DNA from: an uncultured Candidatus Saccharibacteria bacterium
GTDB taxonomy: Bacteria; Patescibacteriota; Minisyncoccia; Phycocordibacterales; UBA9973
Direction of reading: 5' to 3'
Assembly (NCBI GenBank): GCA_964544225.1
Contig: CAZIZK010000002.1
Coordinates: 141,212-205,211 of the forward strand
DNA length: 64,000 nucleotides
A program made the position numbers and the translations under genes. Numbering within the stretch: the stretch's first letter is position 1; every line of letters starts with the position of its first letter. The notes under the pieces were generated by a model. The model worked only from the letters and a program-made list of their open reading frames with translations, was not told the origin of the DNA and did no database searches. Below are positions 46,991-56,407 of this stretch, one piece after another.

Positions 46991-48160
46991 ATGCGGCGAT
47001 CAATTGCTTGTGGTATAGACGTAGGCACTCACACAGTTCGTGTGGTGGTTATTGAACGCGACAAGGCAACATCACAGCCGACAGTTATTGCCCGTGGCCA
47101 GGCCGGCACATCTGGAGTTCGCCTTGGTTATATTACCAACATAGACTCTGTGGCTGTATCTATCCGCGAGGCTGTAAAGAAGGCCGAGGATGCCTGCGGT
47201 GTAAAGATCAAGCGCGCATATATATCTGTAGGTGGTATAGGCCTTTCATCAGAAGTATCTATCGGTAGTGCTATTATATCTCGTGCCGACAAAGAGGTTA
47301 CCGAACTAGATATCCAGAAGGCCATAGCTGAGAGTGAAGAAAATATAAACCTATCCAACAAAAAAGTGATCCATGTTGTACCCACTATGTACAAGCTCGA
47401 TGGCAAAGAAGTTCATGGCCGACCAGAAGGTATGAAGGGTGTGAAGCTAGAGGTAAAGACATTGTTCGTAACTGTATTGAAGCAACACATAGAGGACCTA
47501 GCCACAGCTGTTACCGAGGCTGGTATCGAGGTGCTGGATATTGTAGCAGGTGCAGTTGCTGAAAGCACTTTGATACTAACTGAGAAGGACAAGATAGCTG
47601 GATGCGCACTATTGAACATTGGTGCAGAGACAGTGAACCTAGCAGTGTTTGAAAACAACGTTCTAACATCACTCCAAGTATTCTCTATTGGTGGAATGGA
47701 TATTACCAAAGACATAGCTCTGGGATTCAAAGTAGCCCTGGATGAAGCTGAGGGTGTAAAGATTGGTCAGGTTACAGGCGACTACCCAAAGAGGAAGCTC
47801 GACGAGATAGTCGATGCCCGCCTCGGTGACATATTCGAACTAGTAGAGAACCACCTAAAGAGGATAAAGCGCAGTGGCCTACTACCTGCTGGAGTTATTA
47901 TCACCGGTGGAGGCTCACGAGTAGTCCAGATAGAAAGTGTAGCAAAGGAGTATCTACGCCTACCTGCACATGCAGGCATGAAGGCCGAACATAATGCATC
48001 GAGATACAAGATTCGTGATGAAGCCTGGTTCACAGCCCTGGGCCTTGCCCTATTGGCAAATCCAAAGATATCCGGCACCGACACAGGTATGTCCGCCGGT
48101 GACACCATAAAAGGCATGCGTACGTTCTTTAAAAATCTATTATCCCAACTCCTCCCATAA
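46991..48160 (+). CDS. ftsA: cell division protein FtsA
   Basis: Actin-fold phosphate-1 IACGIDVGTHTVRVVV, FtsA-like 1C-subdomain arrangement. 389 aa. Same strand and close upstream of ftsZ. Confidence 0.8.
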   Translation: MRRSIACGIDVGTHTVRVVVIERDKATSQPTVIARGQAGTSGVRLGYITNIDSVAVSIREAVKKAEDACGVKIKRAYISVGGIGLSSEVSIGSAIISRADKEVTELDIQKAIAESEENINLSNKKVIHVVPTMYKLDGKEVHGRPEGMKGVKLEVKTLFVTVLKQHIEDLATAVTEAGIEVLDIVAGAVAESTLILTEKDKIAGCALLNIGAETVNLAVFENNVLTSLQVFSIGGMDITKDIALGFKVALDEAEGVKIGQVTGDYPKRKLDEIVDARLGDIFELVENHLKRIKRSGLLPAGVIITGGGSRVVQIESVAKEYLRLPAHAGMKAEHNASRYKIRDEAWFTALGLALLANPKISGTDTGMSAGDTIKGMRTFFKNLLSQLLP

Positions 48161-48220
48161 ACAACCGCACCTTGCGGTTGTTTTACTTTTAGTCTAATAT
48201 GAAAGAAAAATTTAAAAAAT

Positions 48221-49144
48221 ATGAATATTCTATTAGGAACCCAAAAACCATTCAGTAAAGAAACTGAACTAGCGATCGACAAAATTCTAAAAAACTCAGG
48301 TCATGAATTAATAATTCATGAAAACAGTCTAAAAGAACTTTTAGTGAAGAAATTTTCAAAAATTAATGGACTGATTGTCAGAAGTGATATTGTAGATGGG
48401 GAGACATTAAAGATGTTTCCAAATTTACAGATTATTGTTCGTGCAGGTTCAGGCTATGACAACATTGATGTGGCCGAGTGCACCAAACGTGACATTGTAG
48501 TGGAAACCACTCCAGGTGCCAATGCCAATGCAGTAGCCGAGCTTACTATTGCATTACTGTTCCGACACTCACGCAATGATTTAAATGGTACTGTCGGGTA
48601 CGAATTGTCTGGTAAAACGCTAGGTATTCATGGGTTTGGTAACATAGGTAAACTTATTGCAAAGAAGGCCGTAGCTCTGGGTATGCAGGTATATACATAC
48701 GACCCATTTATTCCAAATCAAATGATTGAAGTATTAGATGCTCATGTGGTAACAAATATAAAAGATTTGTATAAAAAATGCCAACATGTATCACTCAATA
48801 TTCCATTGAATGATAGTACTAAGAAAATTATCGGCAAAGATCTGATGTCGTCTATGCCACCAAATGCAGTACTTATAAATACAGCACGCGGGGGTATTAT
48901 CAACGATCAGGAACTAAAAGATGTTCTTGGTGTAATAAGACCAAATGACTTTTCATACATTTCTGACGTGGAACTTCCTTGTCGAGAATGGCTGGAAAGA
49001 ATTTATCCAAAACCTAAAGTATTTTTCACACCAGTAAAGCAAGGTGCGCAAACTGCCGAGGCTAACATGAACGCCGGCATCGCAACTGCAAACCAAATTG
49101 TAGAATTCCTCAAAACCGGAGTTGCAAAATTCCGAATCAATTAA
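48221..49144 (+). CDS. D-isomer-specific 2-hydroxyacid dehydrogenase (NAD-binding)
   Basis: GIHGFGNIGKLIAKKA (GxGxxG), INTARGGIIN, catalytic-domain arrangement. 307 aa. Confidence 0.8.
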   Translation: MNILLGTQKPFSKETELAIDKILKNSGHELIIHENSLKELLVKKFSKINGLIVRSDIVDGETLKMFPNLQIIVRAGSGYDNIDVAECTKRDIVVETTPGANANAVAELTIALLFRHSRNDLNGTVGYELSGKTLGIHGFGNIGKLIAKKAVALGMQVYTYDPFIPNQMIEVLDAHVVTNIKDLYKKCQHVSLNIPLNDSTKKIIGKDLMSSMPPNAVLINTARGGIINDQELKDVLGVIRPNDFSYISDVELPCREWLERIYPKPKVFFTPVKQGAQTAEANMNAGIATANQIVEFLKTGVAKFRIN

Positions 49145-49164
49145 AATTTTAGGGGTATAATCCC

Positions 49165-49200
49165 CTTTTGTAAAATCCCATCGTAACTGTTGGGATTTTT
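49165..49200 (+). terminator. hairpin atccca-N10-tgggat + T-run
   Basis: aaaatcccatcgtaactgttgggatttttttatttat. Confidence 0.5.
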
Positions 49201-49366
49201 TTATTTATATTTTATTTTTTAGTAAAATTTTAGTATTGAAAATGACACAATTGTCTATTTTGTCAATAAAAAGTCGAGCTTGTTTATTTTGAATATTTTC
49301 TGCTATTATGGGTAGGTAATATTAATAGATTGAAGACGAAAGTCTCCGTAACAACAGAAACACTAT

Positions 49367-50569
49367 ATGCCTAAAATAAACCCAGCAGTAGAGTCCTTTG
49401 CCCGAATCAAAGTTATCGGTGTCGGCGGTTCAGGTAAGAATGCTCTAAATCACATGATCAGCTCCAAAGTAAAAGGGGTTGAATTTATCGTTATGAACAC
49501 CGATACTCAAGACCTTCACAACTCTCTAGCCGAGAAGAAGATCCACATAGGGAAGAACTTAACAAAAGGCCTAGGTGCAGGTATGAACCCAGAAGTGGGT
49601 CGCCGTGCAGCCGAAGAAACAAAAGCTGAAATCCAAGACGTTATAAAGGGTGCCGACATGGTATTCGTAGCGTGTGGTATGGGTGGAGGTACAGGTACAG
49701 GTGCTGCACCTATCATTGCTCAGGCTGCAAAGGAACAAGGCATACTGACAGTAGCTGTGGTTACAAAGCCGTTCTCATTCGAAGGTAACCAGCGTATGCG
49801 CCTAGCCGAGGCCGGCCTTGCCGAACTTGAACGCGAGGTAGATGCAATCCTTGTTATCCAGAACGATCGCCTTCTAGCCATATCAGGACCCGATGTTGGA
49901 TACCGCCAAGCTTTTGCAATGTGTGACGAGATATTGAAGCAGGCTGTAGAAGGTATCTCAGAACTGATCACTACTCCGGGTATGATCAATGTGGACTTTG
50001 CCGATATCAAAGCTGTTATGTCAGACGCAGGCTCAGCACTCATGGGTGTGGGTAATGCTTCTGGTGAAGGCAGGGCCGAACGTGCCGCTATGGATGCTAT
50101 CAACTCACCACTTTTGGACCTATCTATATCAGGGGCCAAGGGTGTATTGTTCGCAATATCTGGTGGCGAGGACTTAACAATCCACGAGATCCAAGAAGCC
50201 GCTCGTATCATAACTGAGAGCGTGGACAAGGATGCAAAGATTATCTTTGGTACTATCCACGATGAAAAGTTGAAGAAGGGCGAGATGAAGGTAACAGTTA
50301 TCGCTACTGGCTTCCCTACTGACATGCCAAAGAAGTCATTGTTCCAATCTTCACAAATGTCCAAACCTGAGCCAACAATATCTAACACTTCAAAGGAAGA
50401 TATACTGTCTGCAGTAAAGAAGGAGATAGCTACAGAGCGCCCAGTATCTGCAAACAGCGACTATATAAAGAAAGTTGAAAAGCCAGTAACAACTGAAGAT
50501 GAGTTGTTCGGCGACGATACAGACGACTGGAGTGCAGTACCTGCATTCTTGCGAAGAGGAAAAAAGTAA
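49367..50569 (+). CDS. ftsZ: cell division protein FtsZ
   Basis: GVGGSGKNALNHM, tubulin signature GGGTGTGAAPIIAQ, T7 loop, C-terminal conserved peptide (DDWSAVPAFLRRGKK). Confidence 0.95.
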   Translation: MPKINPAVESFARIKVIGVGGSGKNALNHMISSKVKGVEFIVMNTDTQDLHNSLAEKKIHIGKNLTKGLGAGMNPEVGRRAAEETKAEIQDVIKGADMVFVACGMGGGTGTGAAPIIAQAAKEQGILTVAVVTKPFSFEGNQRMRLAEAGLAELEREVDAILVIQNDRLLAISGPDVGYRQAFAMCDEILKQAVEGISELITTPGMINVDFADIKAVMSDAGSALMGVGNASGEGRAERAAMDAINSPLLDLSISGAKGVLFAISGGEDLTIHEIQEAARIITESVDKDAKIIFGTIHDEKLKKGEMKVTVIATGFPTDMPKKSLFQSSQMSKPEPTISNTSKEDILSAVKKEIATERPVSANSDYIKKVEKPVTTEDELFGDDTDDWSAVPAFLRRGKK

Positions 50570-50582
50570 GTAGTAAGTAGTA

Positions 50583-50733
50583 AAAAACAGAGATAGTCCT
50601 TGAGAAAAGACTTGCGCAGGAGTTTAGAAAATAAACGAACCATGTGAGTATTATTTTCTTGAACAACGAGCAGAGGAATTTTCCAGCAGGAAAATATACG
50701 TGTTTTTCGAGAGGAGCTATCTCTGTTTTTTTG
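50583..50733 (+). ncRNA. structured element downstream of ftsZ (complex terminator or small structured RNA)
   Basis: 11-bp perfect long-range stem aacagagatag (50586-50596) / ctatctctgtt (50717-50727), preceded by an A-run and followed by T7. Internal perfect hairpin ttttcc-agcag-ggaaaa (50679-50694). Confidence 0.3.
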
Positions 50734-50761
50734 TTGCCATTTTTATGTTAGAATAGACTTT

Positions 50762-51709
50762 ATGTACGATTTAATTATTTTAGGTGGAGGCCCTGCAGGT
50801 ACAGCAGCTGCTGTATATGCCGCCCGTAAACAACTCAAGACTGCAATTATCACTACCGAATTCGGTGGCCAATCTACCGTATCTGAGACTATTTATAACT
50901 GGATAGGTACCCCCGAGATAGCTGGTACAAAGCTAGGCGAAGATCTAAAGAAGCACGTCATGTATTACAAAGGCGAATTTCTAGATATTATCGAAGGCGA
51001 GAAGATACAGAAGATATCAAAGACTGAAAATACTTTCAATGTTAAAAGTGAAAGTGGCAAGGAATATAGTGCAAAGGCTGTATTGGTAGCTACTGGTAGT
51101 GGCCGTAGGAAGCTACAAGCACTAAATTCTGACAAGTTCGAACACAAAGGTATTACTTATTGTGCGTCTTGTGACGGCCCATTGTTTGCAGGCCAAGACG
51201 TAGTAGTTATCGGTGGTGGTAATGCTGGATTTGAAAGCGCAGCCCAGCTACTTGCCTACTGTAACTCGGTAACCCTAATACACAAGAACGAGGAATTCAA
51301 AGCCGACGAGATCACTGTAAAGAAGGTTATGGCCAATCCAAAGTTCAAGGCTATTACAAATGCCGACACTGTTCGTGTAGATGGCGTAGCCCCAGCCGAA
51401 GGCTTGCCAGAATTCGTATCATCTCTAACCTATAAGGACAACAAATCAGGGCAGGAACACACCCTAAACACTACAGGGGTATTCGTAGAGATAGGCCAGA
51501 TACCAAACACAGGCTTTGTAAGTGGCCTTGTGGACCTTACACCAACCAATAACATAATAGTGGACCCAACTACCCAAGCCTCCTCTGTGGCAGGTCTATG
51601 GGCCGCTGGTGACTGCACCAATGGTAAGTACCATCAGAACAACATCGCCGCTGGTGACGCTGTTCGTGCACTCGAAGATATATATATCTGGATCCACAAG
51701 AATTCATAA
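50762..51709 (+). CDS. trxB: thioredoxin-disulfide reductase
   Basis: FAD-binding GGGPAGTAAAVYAAR, redox-active CASCDG, NADPH-binding GGGNAG. 315 aa. Confidence 0.9.
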   Translation: MYDLIILGGGPAGTAAAVYAARKQLKTAIITTEFGGQSTVSETIYNWIGTPEIAGTKLGEDLKKHVMYYKGEFLDIIEGEKIQKISKTENTFNVKSESGKEYSAKAVLVATGSGRRKLQALNSDKFEHKGITYCASCDGPLFAGQDVVVIGGGNAGFESAAQLLAYCNSVTLIHKNEEFKADEITVKKVMANPKFKAITNADTVRVDGVAPAEGLPEFVSSLTYKDNKSGQEHTLNTTGVFVEIGQIPNTGFVSGLVDLTPTNNIIVDPTTQASSVAGLWAAGDCTNGKYHQNNIAAGDAVRALEDIYIWIHKNS

Positions 51710-51961
51710 TAAAATGGGTTGCCATTACTGACAACCCATTTACCTAATGTAAAAAATTTTGTTTTTGTACTTTTTCTTAGTTTTTCTTTTTTTCTCCTTT
51801 CTTTTTTGAATTGTTTGTCTTCGGCAACTTCACCGAATAATTTTCGTTGTCCCAATCATGGTAATTACGACTTCCCCAGTTATTGTGAAAGGTGTCCCCT
51901 CCACGACCACTAGGCCTGTCTGATTTTCCATGATGTCTTGTTCGCCCTGACATTGTTCTGT

Positions 51962-52453
51962 TTATTTAAATAAGTTTAAAACATATGTAAACCAACTCAA
52001 TTTAATGGATGGTAAAACTGAAAGAATGGTTGGCTTTTTATGGAGGCCAACTTTGTTGATATCAAATACGACATTGCCATATCTTTTTATCTCCATTCTT
52101 ACACGGACTTCTTTTATTGCATCACGCAACATCTTTTTCTCATCATGATCTTTCCTATGATACTTTTTATCGTGATGGAAATGTTTGAATCCAAATTTGG
52201 ATTCTGTACCGTCATTAACAAAGAATTCATGTAACTCCATCTCAAAAACCTTTAAAACCTCTTCCAATGAATCCTTCGTCATGTCATTAATCCTTTGGTT
52301 CAATAACATGTTGCATTTTACGAAATTTTTACTGGGAAGTTTTTCAGCTTCTTTTTGGCTAATACGTTTCCCCTCATTTACAGCTTGAGCAGCTGTATTA
52401 GAGAAGATTTTTCTTGGCAAACTACATAGAGCTCTCTTAACCATATTAAACAA
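51962..52453 (-). CDS. hypothetical protein (163 aa), basic/His-rich
   Basis: ORF only. Confidence 0.4.
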   Translation of the reverse strand: MFNMVKRALCSLPRKIFSNTAAQAVNEGKRISQKEAEKLPSKNFVKCNMLLNQRINDMTKDSLEEVLKVFEMELHEFFVNDGTESKFGFKHFHHDKKYHRKDHDEKKMLRDAIKEVRVRMEIKRYGNVVFDINKVGLHKKPTILSVLPSIKLSWFTYVLNLFK

Positions 52454-52493
52454 TTTTAATTTTTATAAATGGTACCATAACCATATAATATGT

Positions 52494-52525
52494 AAACCCC
52501 CACACTCATGCATGAGTGTGGGGGG
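52494..52525 (-). terminator. perfect 13-bp palindrome ccccacactcatg/catgagtgtgggg
   Basis: Downstream (minus strand) of the nucleotidyltransferase gene. Confidence 0.55.
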
Positions 52526-52554
52526 TAAACCCACTTATATATAAATCTAAGTTT

Positions 52555-53307
52555 CTACTTTTTTACTATCTGTTCTAGCCTTTCTAGCTCCTCTATCGAG
52601 TTGACCCCTAGGGCCTCTTCTGGACTGATAGATACACTGGCAATACTTGCCTCATTTGCCGCCATTTGGACCAGATCAGTCAGATAGTACTCGCCTTGGG
52701 CATTGGTATTACCTATCTGTTCTAGACTATCAAATAGCCATTTCTTGTCGAATGCAAAGTAGCATGGGTTGATCTCGGTTATAACCTTTTGATCATCACT
52801 AGCATCCTTGAACTCGACGCTCTTTAGTATCTTGCCATCAATATCACGAACAATACGGCTGAATGGCTTATAGAATACTTCATACCAGCCTTCAAAGTTG
52901 GGCACGGTAACTGTAGCCATAGTTAATACAGAAGCACTTGCCCGGTGAACATTGTTGAGGTTCGCTATCATTGCGCCTGTTACAGCTGGTGCATCGCCGT
53001 ATAGGACTATTACAGTGTCGACTTCTTCATCGATACTATCCTTTGTGATCTTTACTGCATGGCCTGTACCTAGCTGTTCCTCTTGGTATACGAACTTGGC
53101 CTTTAAACCTACATGGTTCATGACCTCCTCCTTCTTATATCCTACTACTACAATAGGCTTTGTCTGTACGCCACTGTGCTTTACAGCGTCTAATAGGTAG
53201 TCGATCATAGGGCGCCCATGAAAATGCACGAGCACCTTTGGGTGCTCGACATTCATTCTTTTACCTTTGCCTCCGGCAAGGATTATAACTTGAGTCTGTG
53301 GGTTCAT
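52555..53307 (-). CDS. GlmU-type sugar-1-phosphate nucleotidyltransferase domain protein (no hexapeptide acetyltransferase domain)
   Basis: VIILAGGKGKRM, QEEQLGTGHAV, LYGDAP, YYLTDLV closely parallel the GlmU N-terminal uridylyltransferase domain. Only 250 aa. Confidence 0.75.
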   Translation of the reverse strand: MNPQTQVIILAGGKGKRMNVEHPKVLVHFHGRPMIDYLLDAVKHSGVQTKPIVVVGYKKEEVMNHVGLKAKFVYQEEQLGTGHAVKITKDSIDEEVDTVIVLYGDAPAVTGAMIANLNNVHRASASVLTMATVTVPNFEGWYEVFYKPFSRIVRDIDGKILKSVEFKDASDDQKVITEINPCYFAFDKKWLFDSLEQIGNTNAQGEYYLTDLVQMAANEASIASVSISPEEALGVNSIEELERLEQIVKK

Positions 53308-53332
53308 AACCGAAATATTTTATATTGAAAAT

Positions 53333-53695
53333 TTATCTACTCGTACCGTACAAAGTTACATTATAAACATTAAAAGGAACTTCATCTAATACACAAGTAG
53401 GAGTTAATGCAGGTAGGTGTAATCCAAGAATCCAACGTCCAGAACTAACAGCACTAGAAGTACGTGTACCTACCGGTATATGCAATAATGCTGGTGTCCC
53501 ATATGTACCAGAAGTAGATATATCACCTTGTCCTGGACAAACCAAGCTAGGAGTAGTTGGGTACGATGTTATACGCCCACCAAATGGTCTGTACATATTT
53601 AAATAAGCAAATGTCGTATTAGCCATAAAGCTAGCAAATAGCAAAACAAATACAAAAACACCCGCATCTAGTATTCCTTTTGTTTTATTCTTCAT
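53333..53695 (-). CDS. hypothetical small secreted protein (120 aa)
   Basis: N-terminal signal/TM (GVFVFVLLFASFMANTTFA). Ser/Thr/Gly/Pro-rich. Confidence 0.4.
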   Translation of the reverse strand: MKNKTKGILDAGVFVFVLLFASFMANTTFAYLNMYRPFGGRITSYPTTPSLVCPGQGDISTSGTYGTPALLHIPVGTRTSSAVSSGRWILGLHLPALTPTCVLDEVPFNVYNVTLYGTSR

Positions 53696-53970
53696 CCCGT
53701 GTGAAATTTAATCCTTATAATAAATGGTTTCTTTACATGCCATTTGCCCTATTAAATTTAATAACAACAGAAAGTAATTATTAAATTTCTATCGGGATTC
53801 ATATATGTATTGTACCACAAATAAGTCAATTAATAAAGGGATTCTACTGGGACCGCGAGTACGCTTATCGCCGACTACATCGGCAGGTACTTTTCCGGTT
53901 GTAAACAACACGGAAAAGTCTTTCGCTTCCCGGACGCATGTAAAGCAGTTCACATGCTTAGGGTCACGCA

Positions 53971-54000
53971 ATAAAAAAGACCGCATAAAGCGGTACTTTT
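53971..54000 (-). terminator. hairpin accgc-ataa-gcggt with A/T runs, downstream of tRNA-Glu
   Basis: aaaaaagaccgcataaagcggtactttttt. Confidence 0.55.
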
Positions 54001-54009
54001 TTAAACGCG

Positions 54010-54081
54010 TGACCCTACCGGGAATCGAACCCGGATTAACGGCTTGAAAAGCCGGCGTCCTAACCGTTAGACGATAGGGCC
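54010..54081 (-). tRNA. tRNA-Glu (anticodon UUC)
   Basis: Manually folded: acceptor GGCCCUA/UAGGGUC (one G-U), D-arm GUCU/GGAC, anticodon loop UUUUCAA, T-arm CCGGG-UUCGAUU-CCCGG, discriminator A. 72 nt, CCA not encoded. Confidence 0.8.
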
Positions 54082-54133
54082 AAAAAACACTGAAATAGTA
54101 TACCACTTTTTACAAAAAATGCAAAAATTAAGG

Positions 54134-54206
54134 TGCGCGGTGAGGGATTCGAACCCCCGACATCGTCAACGTCAATGACGCGCTCTACCAACTGAGCTAA
54201 CCGCGC
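54134..54206 (-). tRNA. tRNA-Val (anticodon GAC)
   Basis: Manually folded: acceptor GCGCGGU/ACCGCGC, D-arm GCUC-AGUUGGUA-GAGC, anticodon stem CGUCA/UGACG with loop UUGACGU, T-arm GGGGG-UUCGAAU-CCCUC. 73 nt. Confidence 0.8.
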
Positions 54207-54212
54207 AATTCT

Positions 54213-54788
54213 TTATTTATCCAAAAACTTTTTTACTATTTCTGTCGCATCTAGGACCGCTTTATTCAGATCAATATTCTCCACAACAGCGTCGCACTTC
54301 CCTTCGTAAGTGAACTCTTCTTCGGCGCGGGCTATGCGCATATTTATCTTGTCCTCTGTCTCGGTACCGCGTGACACTAAGCGCTCGCGGATCAGTTCCA
54401 ATGGAGTCTTTACGAAGACTACCAGTGCACTGTCGCCATATATTTCCTTTATATGCATTGCACCTTTTACATCCACATCTGACACTGGAACTTTGTCGAG
54501 TTTATGAATCCTTTCTATTTCTGATTTTAATGTTCCATAAAATGTGTCTTTATAAACTTCTTCATGTTCGATAAATTCGCCTGCCTCTACCTTACTACGA
54601 AATTCATCAGCTGTTATAAAGTAATAGTCCACTCCATCACGCTCACCACCACGTATGGCTCGGCTAGTTGCACTCACGTAGAATGTCAGGTCGGGTATCC
54701 AGCCCATAACACTACGCAGAACTGTGGTCTTACCACTACCTGACGGTCCGCAGAATACTATGATCTTGTTCTTCCAGTTCTCGTGCAT
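54213..54788 (-). CDS. gmk: guanylate kinase
   Basis: P-loop GPSGSGKTT, SATSRAIRGGERDGVDYYF. 191 aa. Confidence 0.9.
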   Translation of the reverse strand: MHENWKNKIIVFCGPSGSGKTTVLRSVMGWIPDLTFYVSATSRAIRGGERDGVDYYFITADEFRSKVEAGEFIEHEEVYKDTFYGTLKSEIERIHKLDKVPVSDVDVKGAMHIKEIYGDSALVVFVKTPLELIRERLVSRGTETEDKINMRIARAEEEFTYEGKCDAVVENIDLNKAVLDATEIVKKFLDK

Positions 54789-54838
54789 ATATATGCTAAT
54801 ACTACTAAAATCTGACTTTTTTTGCTAGAGTATTAAAT

Positions 54839-55903
54839 ATGAGAATTTTAAGCATAGAAACAAGTTGTGACGACACAGGTATAGCCATAGTGCAATACAG
54901 TGGAAACAATATCACTATCTTGTCGAACATAGTAAATACTCAGACCATACACGCCGGCTACGGTGGTGTATTCCCTGCTATGGCCAAACGCGAACATATA
55001 GCCAATATCCAAGGCGTATACGAAGAAGCCTGCCAAAATGCTGGTATCGATGCCAGTGCCTTGAATGTAGACGCTATCGCCGTTACCGTAGGCCCCGGAT
55101 TGGAGCCATCACTTTGGGTGGGTATCACATTTGCAAAGGAACTTTCTGATAAATTCAATATCCCGATAATCAAGGTGAACCATATGGAGGGCCACTTATT
55201 ATCTAGTCTCTTGCCAACATATGAAATAGGTAAAGAGGTAGAGTTCCGTGCTATGCCACAAAAGGCCATATCACTACTTGTGTCGGGTGGGCACACACAG
55301 CTAGTACATATAGACGGTGTGGGTAATTACGATATCATAGGCACGACACTGGACGATGCTGTGGGTGAAGCATTCGATAAAGTTGCTCGTATGCTCGACC
55401 TGCCATATCCAGGTGGACCAGCTATTTCCAAACTCGCTGAAGCATACAGAAGTAAGAATATTGAAACAGGGTTAAAGTTCCCCCGCCCAATGTTGCACTC
55501 GGGTGATTACAATTTCTCCTTCTCGGGGTTAAAAACTGCAATCCTTTACTACATCCGTGACTTACAAAAAGAACATTCCGACATTCTTGAGAATGTCGGA
55601 ATAAAAGAAGCCATAGCTTGCGAGTTCGAGAACGCTGCCATCGAAGTAATAGTAAAGAAGACCGTAAAGGCTGTAGAAGAGTATGGTGCTACTCATGTCC
55701 TACTAGGTGGAGGTGTAGCAGCCAATAAATATTTACAAAATGAATTGGACCGCGTAGGCGCAGAAAATGGGTTCATTATATACCACCCTGTTCGGCAAAT
55801 CACTGGCGACAATGCCCTGATGATATCTATCGCCGGGTACTTCAACCCAAATAATAAAAAAATTCCCGATGAGCTAAAAGCCATCGGGAATCTCAAAGTG
55901 TAG
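54839..55903 (+). CDS. tsaD: tRNA N6-adenosine threonylcarbamoyltransferase TsaD
   Basis: MRILSIETSCDDTGIAIV, metal-binding HMEGHLL, VSGGHT. Kae1/TsaD family. 354 aa. Confidence 0.9.
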   Translation: MRILSIETSCDDTGIAIVQYSGNNITILSNIVNTQTIHAGYGGVFPAMAKREHIANIQGVYEEACQNAGIDASALNVDAIAVTVGPGLEPSLWVGITFAKELSDKFNIPIIKVNHMEGHLLSSLLPTYEIGKEVEFRAMPQKAISLLVSGGHTQLVHIDGVGNYDIIGTTLDDAVGEAFDKVARMLDLPYPGGPAISKLAEAYRSKNIETGLKFPRPMLHSGDYNFSFSGLKTAILYYIRDLQKEHSDILENVGIKEAIACEFENAAIEVIVKKTVKAVEEYGATHVLLGGGVAANKYLQNELDRVGAENGFIIYHPVRQITGDNALMISIAGYFNPNNKKIPDELKAIGNLKV

Positions 55904-55904
55904 G

Positions 55905-56318
55905 TTATTTATCCCACACATTTTTGCCAAAAATATTTGGCTTTAGAAACGTTCTTTCATCCTGCACATTTGCATATTCAGCAGGATCTGTAACAGGAAT
56001 ACCATTTCTTATAATAAGCCTATATATAGCAATAGCCCCATACCAAGATATAAATATTACCTGTTTAGTTGTATAAGCAGACCGTATCCAACTAAAATTT
56101 GCATTATAGTTCCAAGAATCGTACTTAGGAACACGCATTGGTGGAGTGCGTCTTTGTGAAGCTTCATATGCTTCCTTTTCAATTTTATCCATGATCTCAG
56201 TCATTCTAGACCAAGCATCAGAAAAATTTCTAAAAGGCTCTGCTTTATTTAACTCACAAAAGAACCTTTTTACCCTTTCGGATTTACTTTCATCTTTTTC
56301 TTGTAAATTTGTTACCAT
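55905..56318 (-). CDS. hypothetical protein (137 aa)
   Basis: ORF only. One hydrophobic segment (VIFISWYGAIAIYRLII). Confidence 0.4.
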   Translation of the reverse strand: MVTNLQEKDESKSERVKRFFCELNKAEPFRNFSDAWSRMTEIMDKIEKEAYEASQRRTPPMRVPKYDSWNYNANFSWIRSAYTTKQVIFISWYGAIAIYRLIIRNGIPVTDPAEYANVQDERTFLKPNIFGKNVWDK

Positions 56319-56407
56319 TGCTGTAAAAATTTATTTTTATACAAATTACTACATTTATAGATATTTGTCAATTATCCATAAATCACCAAAAATGCTATAT
56401 TTTACAT

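Noticed and set aside
51634-51855. 73-aa minus-strand ORF overlapping the trxB stop and downstream AT-rich region
   Set aside because: Overlaps the motif-supported trxB 3' end. Lys-rich low-complexity translation of AT-rich DNA. Spurious.
53789-54106. Two ORFs (53789..54106 -, 53805..54047 +) overlapping tRNA-Glu and its terminator
   Set aside because: They cover a well-folded tRNA and a hairpin terminator and have no coding signal. Spurious.
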